From Harriotta raleighana (taxonomy: Eukaryota), in contig JBNZDD010013555.1 of NCBI GenBank assembly GCA_050575255.1, positions 1 to 64,000 on the forward strand: 64,000 nucleotides of DNA, read 5' to 3'. The first letter of the stretch is position 1; every line of letters begins with the position of its first letter. The notes under the pieces were generated by a model. The model did not search any database. It saw only the letters and a list, made by a program, of their open reading frames with translations, and was not told where the DNA came from. Shown here in pieces: positions 35,835 to 47,337 of this stretch. The translations under genes were made by a program, and so were the position numbers.

Positions 35835-35899
35835 TTAATGGCAGAATGTGACACCACTTCCAATTCAGAATTGGAAGTGGTGTCACATTCTGCCATTAA
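35835..35899. repeat. Perfect 32-bp inverted repeat with a 1-nt spacer
   Basis: TTAATGGCAGAATGTGACACCACTTCCAATTC-A-GAATTGGAAGTGGTGTCACATTCTGCCATTAA. Confidence 0.97.
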
Positions 35900-36657
35900 A
35901 TTGAGAACATCGACCAGCCATGTTTTTGTTAATTACCATCTCAGGGTTCAATTTTCATCCTGTTATTTTTATTCCCACTTTCAGTTTGTCTTTTACTTGT
36001 GCAAGTCTGCGGCAATGTCCCAGCTATGGCCGTGGTCCTTGGCTTTCTTTATGGATTGTCCTTCGGGACACTACCCCAGGAGAATGGTGTTATGCGGATG
36101 CATAAATGTTGTAGTTGTGACCCAGCCCAATATCTGACATGTACTTTATTTGAGGGAATTTCCATTTGAGATGTCAGCATGGCTTGGAAACATTCTCGCC
36201 TCTTGAGTCAGGAGCTTGAAGGTTTTGTATGCAGTATTAAGGTTGCTCAGCAAATACATTTGGTGCTAAATTGTGACTTACACACTGCATTAACACTAGG
36301 TATGTGATGGCCAGTGTTTAAAAAGCCAGGTCTTGCGTGGATGGCTGGACTAAATCCAGTGCGGTTATTGAAGCCAGAAAGTCTACGCTGAATATTTAGC
36401 TAACTAAACCTTGAAAAACTGAACAACTGTTGTTCTGCAGCCAGCCTTTCTATGACCTGACAAACTGACAGCAATAAATTTTGGGCCTTGGGATGTGCGG
36501 AACACACTTCTGGTCATGATGCCAAATAATAATAAAAAAAAGCAAGAGTTCATAAATTTATTTAGAAGGGAACTAGATGGATGCTTTATTTAAAAACAAA
36601 ATAAGAAAGTTATGGGGAGTGAGCCGCAGATAAGGATAAAAGTATGCAGTTTATTGT

Positions 36658-36902
36658 GGGGTTCTGAAGCTCAACAGTTAGAGCACTTGGCTCGCAAATA
36701 AGTGATCTGGGTTCAATTCCCAGCAGGGCGAAATGTTGGCCATGTTTCCTTATTCCACACCTCTGCTACCTGGCAGTAAGTGGGAACCTTGTTGTCAGTC
36801 GATTAGCGGATCGCTTTTCATGGGTTAATAATTCCTTTTGTAAAAAAGAAAATTGTTCTCTTGATCCATGACTGGTTGTGCCACACTGCTGTATGCAATT
36901 GA
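36658..36902 (+). mobile_element. Older long-variant tRNA-SINE (3' truncated)
   Basis: Head, then ctctgctacctggcagtaagtgggaaccttgttgtcagtcgatt shared with 5731-5775. Confidence 0.7.
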
Positions 36903-37084
36903 GAAGTGTGTGTTTCTGATCATTGTGGGGGCTCCACACGAGCAAACGAGTTCTCACAGGGAGAATCAAAATGAGAGTAAGGAGTCTGCCAGCTCTGCAA
37001 ACTGTAAAGAGGAAAGTAAGAAAAATCTAAGTCTATAAATTACTTGTTTGGGTGAATAGTAAAGATCTCAGTAAAGATTTATGC

Positions 37085-37355
37085 AGTCCTGTAGCTCAGT
37101 GATTAGAGTACTCGCATTACAAGCAAGAGACCTGGGTTCAATTCCGGGCAGGAAACCTTGGGCAAATTTCCTTACTCCACACACCTGATAAGAATTCCTC
37201 CAAAAAAAATTGTTCACTCCAATCCATGACTGTTTGTGGGCCACTGCTGTGCGCAATTGGCTTTTCACGTGTTTCACCCACAAAATTCACTTTACTGAAT
37301 GTTCTGTGAAGCACTTTGAGACGTCTGGAAGATGTGTTATGGCAATATATCATAT
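37085..37355 (+). mobile_element. Near full-length tRNA-SINE
   Basis: Head, body and decayed tail. Confidence 0.85.
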
Positions 37356-37729
37356 GTACATATAATTATTTGGAATCAGAAGGCTATTGAAACTTCCTGG
37401 GCCTGAAACCTGCTTCTGTTTTTGCGGGTGGAAGCGGTGAAATTTCCAAACAGTTTGAGTCCACGCTCACATTTTCTGTGTGGAGGTTTGGGGACTGATT
37501 GAATTAAGCATTCTTCTCGTCTTGTTTTCCTGCATGCCAAGTTCCTGGTAAAAATTTGATTTATCTCATCGCCAAACATCTTGGAAGTGCTTCACAGGAT
37601 GTACCTACCGAAAGATGTAGTGACAGCATATTTGTAGGCAAGCCATTCATTTGTGGAAATAGAATAATTACAAAAAATGTACTCCACTGCAAAAATTTCT
37701 GTAAAAAATTGCCAATTTAGGTCTCAGCC

Positions 37730-37890
37730 TGGCAGGCTCAGTTGGTAACACTCCTACCTTTGAATCAGAAGGATGTGGGTTCATGCCCATGTCAGCCTCG
37801 GTCTCGCTTACGCTCCAGTCAGTGCTGAAGGTGCCCGTCTTTGTCAGAGGTCTTTTTTCCATCTGCCTATTTAGGTGTACATTAAAGCTC
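37730..37890 (+). mobile_element. Old Deu-type (SacSINE1-like) SINE 5' fragment
   Basis: ggctcagttggtaacactc..tgaatcagaagg.tgtgggttca...aggtgccc.gtcttt...aggtgtacattaaag. Confidence 0.6.
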
Positions 37891-37915
37891 ACAGAGAATT
37901 GCTGTTACCCTTGTT

Positions 37916-38224
37916 ATAATAATAATCCTTGCATTTGATATAGTGCTTTTCACGTCTTCTAGACATCCCAAAGCGCTTCACAGAATATACTGTAAAGTGA
38001 ATTGACTGTATATTTGTGGGCAAAACGCGGCAGCCAATTGCGCACAGCAGCGTCCCCACAAACATGGATTGCAATGACCAATTTATTGTTTTTTTTAATT
38101 TGATGGATTATTATCAGGCGTGTGGAGTAAGGAAACTTGCCCAGGGATTCGCCCTGGTGAGAATTGAACCCAAGTCTCTTGCTTGTGAGGCAAGTGCTCT
38201 AACCACTGAGCTACAGGGCTCCAC
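37916..38224 (-). mobile_element. Full-length tRNA-SINE
   Basis: Reversed consensus. Confidence 0.92.
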
Positions 38225-41065
38225 AATGTCAATGAACAGAACGTAGGCAAGTTTCTCCTCAACCGGGAATTTGAGCTGGATGGGCCGCGTTTCATCCTGC
38301 AATGTCTCTGCCTGAACCTTGACTTTTTGAGTCTGCAGTAATGTCATTGTGAAGCTGTATTAGGCGCATCAGTGTGGAATGGATGGGCGAACAATAGTTT
38401 ATCAGGATCCACTGAAACGCAGTTTGTCTTCTGCATTGCTACACACAGACAATGTCCTTGCTGTGAAAACGCTTCCCGTCTGTCTCTGGCTTCAACTCGG
38501 GTCGTGTAAATTGATCAATCCAGTGAAAATCCTCATCCGCCCGAGGGAAAAACAACACCGTCACTGTCTTTATTCAGGCAATCCCAATAGTTGCAAAGTA
38601 CATCTGATTTTATCTGGTTAGACAAACTGAATACATATTGCAAAAGTATTCATGCTGTATATGTGACTAGTTGTAAGTCCTGGACCTCAGCGACTGGAAT
38701 AGGATCAAAGATCTGCTGAATTAGATTTCCACGACTGAAATATCTTTTCCTGAATTAATTCTTTTTTGTCCTGTTGACCTCAGATTTATAACTGCCCCCT
38801 GTTTATTGTAATCCGTCTTTCTACTAGCCCGAAACAGATTTGTTGCAGGAATGCCACGTTTCGCCTACAAACTATAGTCGATCCACTTTCCAGTATATTC
38901 TGTGAAGTGCTTCGAGACATCTAGAAGACGTATAAGGCGTTATATCAAATGGAAGAATTATTATTAGTTTCCATCCCCAGCTCGAGTGTTCAAACAGTAG
39001 GGTTAAGTGCTTTGCAATGTTTTCCTGACATGAAAGCCGCTGTGTAAATGTAAAATTGTATTGAATGTTCCTTCGTCATTCATCATTTATCTGAAAAGGT
39101 GAATGCAGGTTAATAGATTGAGACATTGTATGTTTCACACTAATCATGTAAGCCTTGGTAGAGATTTGTAACTTGTAAGGATTCTAGTCCTTTTAAGGGA
39201 TCCATGTTACAAATCCAGCATGATATCTGTGTCTGTTGTGAGTTGGGCAGATGTCCAAGAGAGGTTCCTTGGGTGCAAGGGATCTTGTGGTAATGTAATA
39301 GTTGAAGCGGGGAATCGTGTAGACAATTTCAGTTTAAAGCAGCGTATAATTCAGTTAAAACTCCCTGTTATTCCTCAGCAAATAACTAATTTGTCTTAGA
39401 TTGGCAGGTTAAGTAAACCACACAGAATGTTTATGGATGATCTGACCATTTGAATGTTTTGTGGCCACAGTCTGACTTGCAAATGTTTTTCTGTAGAGGC
39501 TGGTTACTTTTGTCTTGTTCAATTAACTGTGATTCTGTGATGCAAGGGAAAAGCAAATGGTCTGGTTTTAACTTTTGATTTAGCAAAGTTTGTTCATTGG
39601 TTTCCTCTGATTTGGTGTCTCCACAAAAGAGGTGCAGAAGAGAGCAACACGGCTGATTTCAAAAGCAAAGAGGATTAGGTTGAAATCTTGAGCTGTAGTC
39701 TCCATGCTAATAACGTCGGGACGTCCTCCCGATGTGAAAGGCACTCTATAAATGTAATTTTGTTGTTGCAATAAGGGGAAAGTACTTCATCAAACTATAT
39801 AAAATCAATCCTGTCCACTATGACTTGCCTTTACTCAAAAGTCACTGATTTGTAGAAAGAATCCTCTGATTAAAATGGGAAACAAAGCAAAATATTTCCT
39901 GTTATTAGTTAATTAGATGCTGTGATCGAGTTATTGTACTATAGAGGTTTTTTTTTCTCTGTTCTATCCTCTCCTCTACTGCCATCCCACACGCGCACAC
40001 ATATACCCATGATTACAGCCAAATTGCTAACCATAGGCATTTGACAGATCTGCACGGCACATAATTAAAACATGCTCTAACATCAGTGGTATAGAAAATA
40101 TATTAAAGTCTCTTTTGAGGATCAAATGATACTCGGGCAGAAAAACCTTTGTACTTGCCAGTAAATGCCAAGTTACCTGCATCTTGTTGTTCAGGCTGCC
40201 CAGGCTTGTGCCAAGAGAACAAGTGGAAGGCCTATACATCTGACAGTGGCTCTTTGGCCAGGTGTGAAGGGGAATGTTAGCGCAACACAGACGGACTCAG
40301 GCTATTTGATTTCCTCTCTCTTCCTCGTCCCCTGTCGTGAGATACCAGATTCTCTCTGCCAGACAGATCAGGAATTGAGCCGAGTAGTGATTTGAGATTC
40401 TATGTCACACGAGTGCTCACGTCATTTGGGATCATCAGGGATGTGCTGGACATAACCATTGAAGATTGTGGAACCTCAAATATACCTGTGGATATGCTTT
40501 GCAGTTGATCCCACTCATAATTGCCTGTGAAAACTTAGCTGCTGTGTTCTGTGGTCACATCTGGCCAGAGGGAAGGAAAAATTAAATAACTTCCATTTTG
40601 GTTAGGCACACATGTGGCTCAAGTTGTGTCTGGGCTTCCATCTGATCCCAGTGAGGCATCCGGTACCTTTTGAGGAGACTCTGGGAAAGAACTCTGCTCG
40701 TCTTGCAATAGAGAAACAATAGTTTAGTCTGATTTTTTAAAAAAATAGAGAACGCAGAGTTGTGCTCCCAAGTAAAGAGCCTGGGTGTGAGGAATTGGCA
40801 AATGTCATTTAGTTCACCATCTGCAGATGTCTGATATTGTTTTGAAAATTGTAATACAGTAAAAGCTTGATTATCGTGCAAACAACCAACAGGCACGCTC
40901 AACCAACCAGTATCTCCAAATATAAATAAAATTGGAGAAAACTGTACGCAGTTTTCTCCACACGTATGCTCACTTTGCGCACACACACTTATTAAACTTA
41001 TCGAACACGAATGCGCTGTTTTCAAGGAATATAACCCCCGGGATCGGCAAGGGTTGACTGTACTA

Positions 41066-42707
41066 CAGTAAAACCTTGTTTATCTGTGACTCGAAAAACC
41101 GGAAAACACGTTCAATGGCTATCTCCAAAAAGTCCTTATTCGATTAACCAGAAGTTATCCGGCGAATAGTGATGACGCTTTTAATGTCGGGTTTAAACTC
41201 GCTCCTGCTCCTTTTAAAAGTTGCGGGGTTTTTTTTACCTCCTTCGGATGAGCGCTGCCGTTGCGAAGTTAAGTATAAATAATAAAGTACTAACACTGGT
41301 GTAGGTAGTGGCCAGAGAGAGGGAGGGAGGGGTTGGGGTGGGGGATCAGGGGGTGGAATGGAGATATGGAGGAAACGGGGAGAGAGAGAGTGGGGGAGAA
41401 TGGAGAGATGGAGGAAAGGGAGAGAGAGAAGGAGGGGGGAAAGCATAATGGAGCGAGAGAGAGAGAGTGATGCAGGCAGGTTGATGCAGAGAGAGAGTGG
41501 GTGGGGGTGGATTGGAGAGATGGAGGAAAGGGAGAGAGAGGAGGGCGGTGCAATGGAGAGATGGGGGAAAGGGAGAGAGAGAGAGACACAGATGGGGGAA
41601 AGCATAATGGAGCAAGAGAGAGAAAGAGTGATGCAACAACAACAACAAAAAGATTGCATTTATAGAGCACGTTTCACGTCGGGAGGACGTCCCAAGGCAC
41701 TGGACAGTTGGTTTAAGACCCGAGCAGGGGGAAATGTTCAGGGAGGGTGGGAGTGAGGAGAGGATAGACAGTCGAGAGGGGAGCTGAAGACACGGTCGAA
41801 GAGAAAGGTCTTGAGACCAGCCTTGAAAGAGGAAAGGGAGGAAGCGAGGCGAAGGCACTGGGGGATGGAGTTCCAGAGCCTGGGGGCTGAGCGGCTGAAA
41901 GCCCGGCCGCCAATGGTAGGATGGTTAGGGCAGGGGATGTGGAGCAGACCAGAGCCAGAGGAACGGAGGGTACGGGCAGGTAGATAGGGGGATAGTAGGT
42001 CGGAGAGGTAGGAGGGAGCAAGGCCGTGAATGGCCTTGTAGGTAAGGATGAGGACCTTGAATTCGATGCAGGCAGGTTGATGCAGAGGGATGGAAAGAGA
42101 GAGGAAAGGGAGAGGGGTGGGGGGAGATGAGGGTTGTGGACAGAATTTATAGGATGGATTCAGACTGAATATCTTTGAGGGTGTGTGTGCTGGCCGCTAG
42201 TCGGGTCTAAACTCGCTGCTGCTCCTTTNTAGGATGGATTCAGACTGAATATCTTTGAGGGTGTGTGTCTGTGTGTGTGTGCTGGCCGCTAGTCGGATCT
42301 AAACTCGCTGCTGCTCCTTTCAAAAGTTGTGTTTTCCTTTACCTCCGTCGAATCAGTGCTGTCGTTGCAAAATTAAGTATAAATAATAAAGTACTAATAC
42401 AATATTCTGTTANGGGTCTAAACTCGCTGCTGCTCCTTTCAAAAGTTGCGTTTTCTTTTACCTCCGTCGAATCAGTGCTGCCGTTGCAAAATTAAGTATA
42501 AATAATAAAGTACTAATACAATATTCTGTTATTATTTAGTCTATTATTAGTATGGTATGTGTTACAATAATTTTTAATTCAATTTTTTTTAACAAATTTT
42601 TTTTAAATTATATATTTTTTTTAAATTTAAAAACCCTGTTCAATCAGAAATCCATTTAACTGCCACTGGCCAGGTCCCATGGGTGCCGGATAAACAAGGT
42701 TTTACTG
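41066..42707 (+). mobile_element. MITE family A, long copy, nested in the B-like element
   Basis: Perfect 19-bp TIR CAGTAAAACCTTGTTTATC / GATAAACAAGGTTTTACTG with TA on both sides. Confidence 0.9.
41636..42064 (-). mobile_element. L2 3' fragment inserted in MITE A
   Basis: (caa)n tail, reversed LWNSIP..FKAGLKTFLF and EFKVLIL motifs; GATGCA on both sides. Confidence 0.88.
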
Positions 42708-43599
42708 TATATATGAATGCTTTATTGGTAAGGATCCATACAATATTCTGTTATTATTTAGACTATTATTAATATGGTATGTTTTAAAATAAGTTAATTT
42801 TTTTGGTAGGATTTTCGGCAACTTGCCACTCGATTATTTGATATATTTGATTAACCGGCACTGGTCAGGTCCCGAGGATGCCGGATAACAAACCTTTTAC
42901 TGTAGATCATTTGGAAGTAGATGACTTGCTTTTAATGCTGTTTTGGATATATTCTGCCATTTACAGAGTTATAAGATAATTGAGGCAATGCCTCTGTCTG
43001 CAGTCACCAGACCTTACCTCATGGCAGTTTCTCAGCAAACCTTCATGCAGAACAATATGCAAACGCTGATTTGATACCAGATAAACCTGTCCATGCAATA
43101 GTTGTTTTAGCAGCACATATATCAATTGATTTGATCAAGGTTTTCATATTGTGCCACTTTATAGCAGCTGTTGTTCATTTTTCTTTTGAGACACCTCAAA
43201 GCGCTTCACAGAATACAGTATACTGTATTAAAGTGAATTGTCTATTTTGTGAGCATGGGCTGAATGCTAATATAATTGCAGTTGGGGTTGGTGGAGGAGA
43301 AAGGAGCACCTGCACAAAGTGGCCTGAGGCCTCTACCTTCCTGTACTGCCCAGCAATGTGTTCCACTATCAGTTGAGCAGCAGTTACAGCTTAAATTGCC
43401 ATCAATGCCTCTGCACCAGGTGTGCACTTATTGCCCCCTAGTTAATGCAGCTCATAATTGCAGGTAGGAAATTGCATTGAATGGTTGAGGTGGGGAAATG
43501 TATCTGCTATAAAATTGGTTCTGTGTTGAAGATGTGATTGTTGGGATGTGAAGACAATACAGAGTGAACAGCACTCTATTAGTACAGGCGTTAGTACTT

Positions 43600-43845
43600 G
43601 TGGAGCTCCTGTAGCTCAGTGGTTAGAGTATTCGCCTTACAAGCATGAGACCTGTGTTCGAATCCAGGCAGATCAGGGCAAAATCTTGGGCAAGTTTCCT
43701 TACACCACACACACGCCGAATAATAATCCCTCAAAAAAAAACACAATAAGAAAATTGGTCATTTCAATCCACGACTGTTCTGTGGGGACACTGCTGTGCG
43801 CAATTGGCTGCCGCGTTTCACCCACAAATGTACAGTCAATTCACT
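43600..43845 (+). mobile_element. tRNA-SINE lacking the 3' tail
   Basis: Head and body; ends at caattcact. Confidence 0.88.
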
Positions 43846-44044
43846 GACACTGCTGATGGGTAGTGTGCTAACCTTAAAGGAATGGACCAGTTCATCATTG
43901 ATTTCATACAGTAATACTGTGGAGAATACCTCCTGGGTAAACCAGACCAAATGGTGGTTTAATGACATGGGCCGGGTAGCCTGTAATTTGCATTGACGTG
44001 TGATATGTCAAGAATCTAAACACCCAAGTACGATGTGCCCTGAA

Positions 44045-44348
44045 GTGGAGTCCCGTAGCTCAGTGGTTAGAGCACTTGCCTTGCAAGCGAGAGAGCTGGG
44101 TTTGATTCCACGCAGGGCGAAACCTTGGGCAAGTTTGTTTACTCCACGCACAAACCTAATAATAATAATCCCTCAACAAAATAAACTATAATAAATTGAT
44201 CATTTCAATCCTCGACTGTTTATGGGACACTGATGTGCGCAATTGGCTGCTGCGTTTCGCTGGCAAAATATAGTCAATTCACTTTACAGCATATTCAGTG
44301 AAGTGCTTTGAGACGTCTAGAAAACGTGAAAAGCACTACATCAAATGC
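44045..44348 (+). mobile_element. Full-length tRNA-SINE
   Basis: Head with TGC anticodon-position variant, body and tail. Confidence 0.9.
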
Positions 44349-44726
44349 CCAGCGGGTGGAAATATAGGTAATACTGTACCCAAATAGTCTGAAGACAATG
44401 TGAAGAGAATTGATCATCTGGTTTTGTGTGTGTGGGGGTAATGGGTTTGCTGTGATTAATGTTATTATAGTAATGGTGCTAGAGATTTAATTAACACAAC
44501 CAAACAAAGCTTTTTTCCTAGAGAACACAGAGTTAATCTTACCCTTACTAATGTGGCTTTACATTATTTAGCCCCCCCGCCCCTGTGTTATCCTTGCAAA
44601 TGTGTGCAATGAAAGTAATTAGTGGGTTCGACAAAATTCTTGGCCGCCAATATAAACTTGGCAACAGCTGTCTGCTGGCATATTCTCAACTGCTGAGCGG
44701 GTACGAGTCTGCAGCCCACAACCCTT

Positions 44727-45183
44727 GGAGCTCCTGTAGCTCAGTGATTAGAGCACTCGCTTTATAGTCCTGTAGCTCAGAGGTTAGAGCACTTGCCTTA
44801 AAAGCATGATGTGTATTTTTCAAAGCAGATGCAGGTTGAGACAAGGAGCTCATTGTAAATTGAAATTCTTATTCCTTCAGTCCAGTCATTTTGGTTTCAG
44901 GAAATTTGTTTAATGCAAATGGATATCAATTCCAGGCAGGTCAGGGCAAAACTTTGGGCAAGTTTCCTTACTCCACACACCTGCCTGATAATAATTTGTC
45001 CAAAAAAAACAATAATACATTGGTTATTTCAATCCAGGACTGTTTGTGGGGACACTGCTGTGCGCAATTGGGTGCCGTGTTTTGGACACAAATATACAGT
45101 CAATTCCCTTTACAGTATATTCTGTGAAGCACTTTGAGACGTTTAGAAGACGTCTATATCAAATGTGAGGATTATTATTATTG
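44727..45183 (+). mobile_element. tRNA-SINE with a tandemly duplicated head and ~110 nt interruption
   Basis: cctgtagctcag..ttagagcact twice (~44733 and ~44769); body resumes ~44928. Confidence 0.8.
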
Positions 45184-45282
45184 TATCAGGTAGGTAAAAA
45201 CTCAGAAGAATTAACTAGGCCACATAGGGAACATTCTAGGATCCTGAGGAAATACCTGAGAGCCCAGATAATATTTTCAGGA

Positions 45283-45470
45283 ACAAAATACAAATTACTA
45301 CAGATGCTGGAAATCTGAAACAGAAACAGAAGTTGCTGGGAAAACTCAGCAGGTCAGGCAGCATCCATGGAGAAAGGAAAGTGAGTCAATGTTTCGGGTC
45401 CACGACCCTTCGTCAGAACTGGGGCAGGTTAGGAGGGAGAGGTTTTTAAGGACAAGTTAGAGAGGGGAAG
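45283..45470 (-). mobile_element. Penelope-like retroelement terminal-repeat fragment with a hammerhead-ribozyme motif
   Basis: cagatgctggaaatctgaaa..cagcaggtcaggcagcatc..gtttcgggtc..gacccttcgtcagaac resembles an abundant shark repeat (recalled). The minus strand reads CTGACGA-a-GGGTC-gtg-GACCC-GAAA. Confidence 0.6.
45384..45420 (-). ncRNA. Minimal type I hammerhead ribozyme motif (probably decayed)
   Basis: AGUU/GACU stem I, CUGACGA core, GGGUC/GACCC stem II, GAAA, then CA-UU. Confidence 0.55.
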
Positions 45471-46267
45471 GCAGGACAAAAGGAAGACAAAGAAGACAGA
45501 AAAAGAAGACAAAGGAGAGAATGTATTAATTGATGGGTGATGGTGTGAAACAAAAAGGGGTGGGAAGAAGAGGTGGGGAGAAGAGGAGTTTTTCAGGAGT
45601 TGAGTAAACATTGAGGACTGGAGGAGAGCAAATGTTATTTACAAGAAAGAGCAAGACTTGAGCCCAATGTTTCAAAGAAAGCAATATTACAGGGTGTGGA
45701 GAGCAAACGATAGAGTGATATTAAATCAAGTGGTTCAAGTTTCTGCCTCTAAAAAGCTAAGGTTCTCTGATCCGATGTGTGTGAAGGGGGCAGAAATACT
45801 TGGGAGAATTAGCTACAGTAGAATTAAATCCAGGTTACTCTTTAAAGTGCAGACAATAAATGCACAATCACCAAATTGATCGTACCTCTTGAATGGTGAG
45901 AGCAGGGAAGTGAGAAAATGGTTCAGATCTTTGAAACGCTGAGAAAGGTTTCCGATTTAAATGAGCAGCCTGATTCGAGGAGCTGGATGAAACGTGTTTC
46001 ATGAATTCAATGACTTGAACAAGATACAAAATTCTCTCTTTCACTCCAGCGAGATAGATTTACCAACAGAAGTAGAACAAAACCAGGTAACCGTCTGCTT
46101 TTCCGAGTGAGGGGAATGGAATTTTGGAAAGTCAGCCGGGGGTCTCGCAAATGTGGAAACTCATCATCTGTATCTAAACCAGACTATCTGTGAAGCTCAG
46201 CCAACATGAAAGGCTCTATTAACAAATGTGACTTCCTTATGTGATGTTCTTAACTCTCCTTTGACAG

Positions 46268-46411
46268 ATGGCTCAAATGGATTGAACCAGAACCCGTGTT
46301 ATACTGGGAGCCATAGATGTGACACAAACGCAGTCTGCCGGCCTGAAGAGGGAAATCGGTTCACTTGTGAATGTTCTGCTGGCTTCTATGGGGATGGGAT
46401 GAGCTGCTATG
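46268..46411 (+). CDS. NID1: NID1 exon 9 (EGF-like 2: [16 protein letters not shown]...[13 protein letters not shown])
   Basis: ttgacag acceptor, G|gtaaga donor, six-Cys EGF, 144 nt. Confidence 0.96.
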
Positions 46412-47002
46412 GTAAGAAAATAATATATATAGTACACACAAAACACACACACATCATGAAGCCCTGTTATAATATGGTGCATAAGATCCATAAATACCAT
46501 CCTATAATGAGGAGCGATAGACGCTCACTGGACATGTACTGCGAGCCAACCCTCTCCCTACATTCCAACCAGTTCTCCGCTTGAATTTTTTTCTTTTTAA
46601 AAAGACCCAATTCCAGGTTCATCAGGTTTCTGTCGGCATCATCTCCTCAGTATTCTGTGTGCGAAAAGCAGGATGGTTAATTAATAGTACAGATGTCGGC
46701 CATTTAATTCAAGAGAACTCGAGCGTGCTGGAAGTGTGTGGACTGTACAACAACAACAAAATTACATTTATAGAACGCCTTTCACATTGGAAGGACATCC
46801 CAAGGCACTGTACGCATATGCAATGAATGCGGTCCACACCTCAATTTGTGTTACAACATAATTCACACTAAAGTTGGGCAGTACTATTATTATATTTATA
46901 ATATGGCACCACTTGTGGTAAAGCATCTCACTTTTCAATTCATATGGAGTATTCATTTGTAAATCTTGGTACTTTCACTTATTGACTTGTAACAACATGG
47001 TT

Positions 47003-47337
47003 GAGCTCCTGTGGCTCAGTGGTTAGAGCACTCGCCTTACATGTCTTACAAGCATGAGGCCTGTGTTCGAATCCAGGCAGATCAGGGCGAAACCTTGGGC
47101 AAGTTTCCTTACTCCACATGCCTAATAATAATCCCTCCAAAAAAAACTACAATAATAAAATTGGTCATTTCAATCCATGACTGTTTGTGGGGACGCTGCT
47201 GTGCGCAATTGGCTGCCGCATTTCGCCCACAAATATACAGTCAATTCACTTTACAGTATAATCTGTGAAGCGCTTTGGGACGTTGATAAGATGTGAAAAG
47301 CGCTATATCAAATGCAAGGATTATTATTATTATTATA
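47003..47337 (+). mobile_element. Full-length tRNA-SINE
   Basis: A box, B box GTTCGAATCC, body and (att)n tail; short duplication in the anticodon-like loop. Confidence 0.93.

Larger units (their letters stand above)
40857..42902 (+). mobile_element. MITE family B-like outer element hosting nested insertions
   Basis: TA|CAGTAAAAGCTTGATTATC ... GATAACAAACCTTTTACTG|TA; flanks share motifs with 32050-32446. Confidence 0.7.

Noticed and set aside
40933-40960. 12-bp hairpin TGGAGAAAACTG-TACG-CAGTTTTCTCCA as a terminator or ncRNA
   Set aside because: It is short, lies within a MITE, and has no other support.
41144-42021. Overlapping 100-170 aa ORFs
   Set aside because: Low-complexity GA-rich MITE core plus an L2 fragment.
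47003-47085. tRNA-like sequences (A box, anticodon arm TAC/TGC, B box) at many SINE heads
   Set aside because: There is no acceptor-stem closure, and each runs into the same SINE body. These are SINE heads, not tRNA genes.
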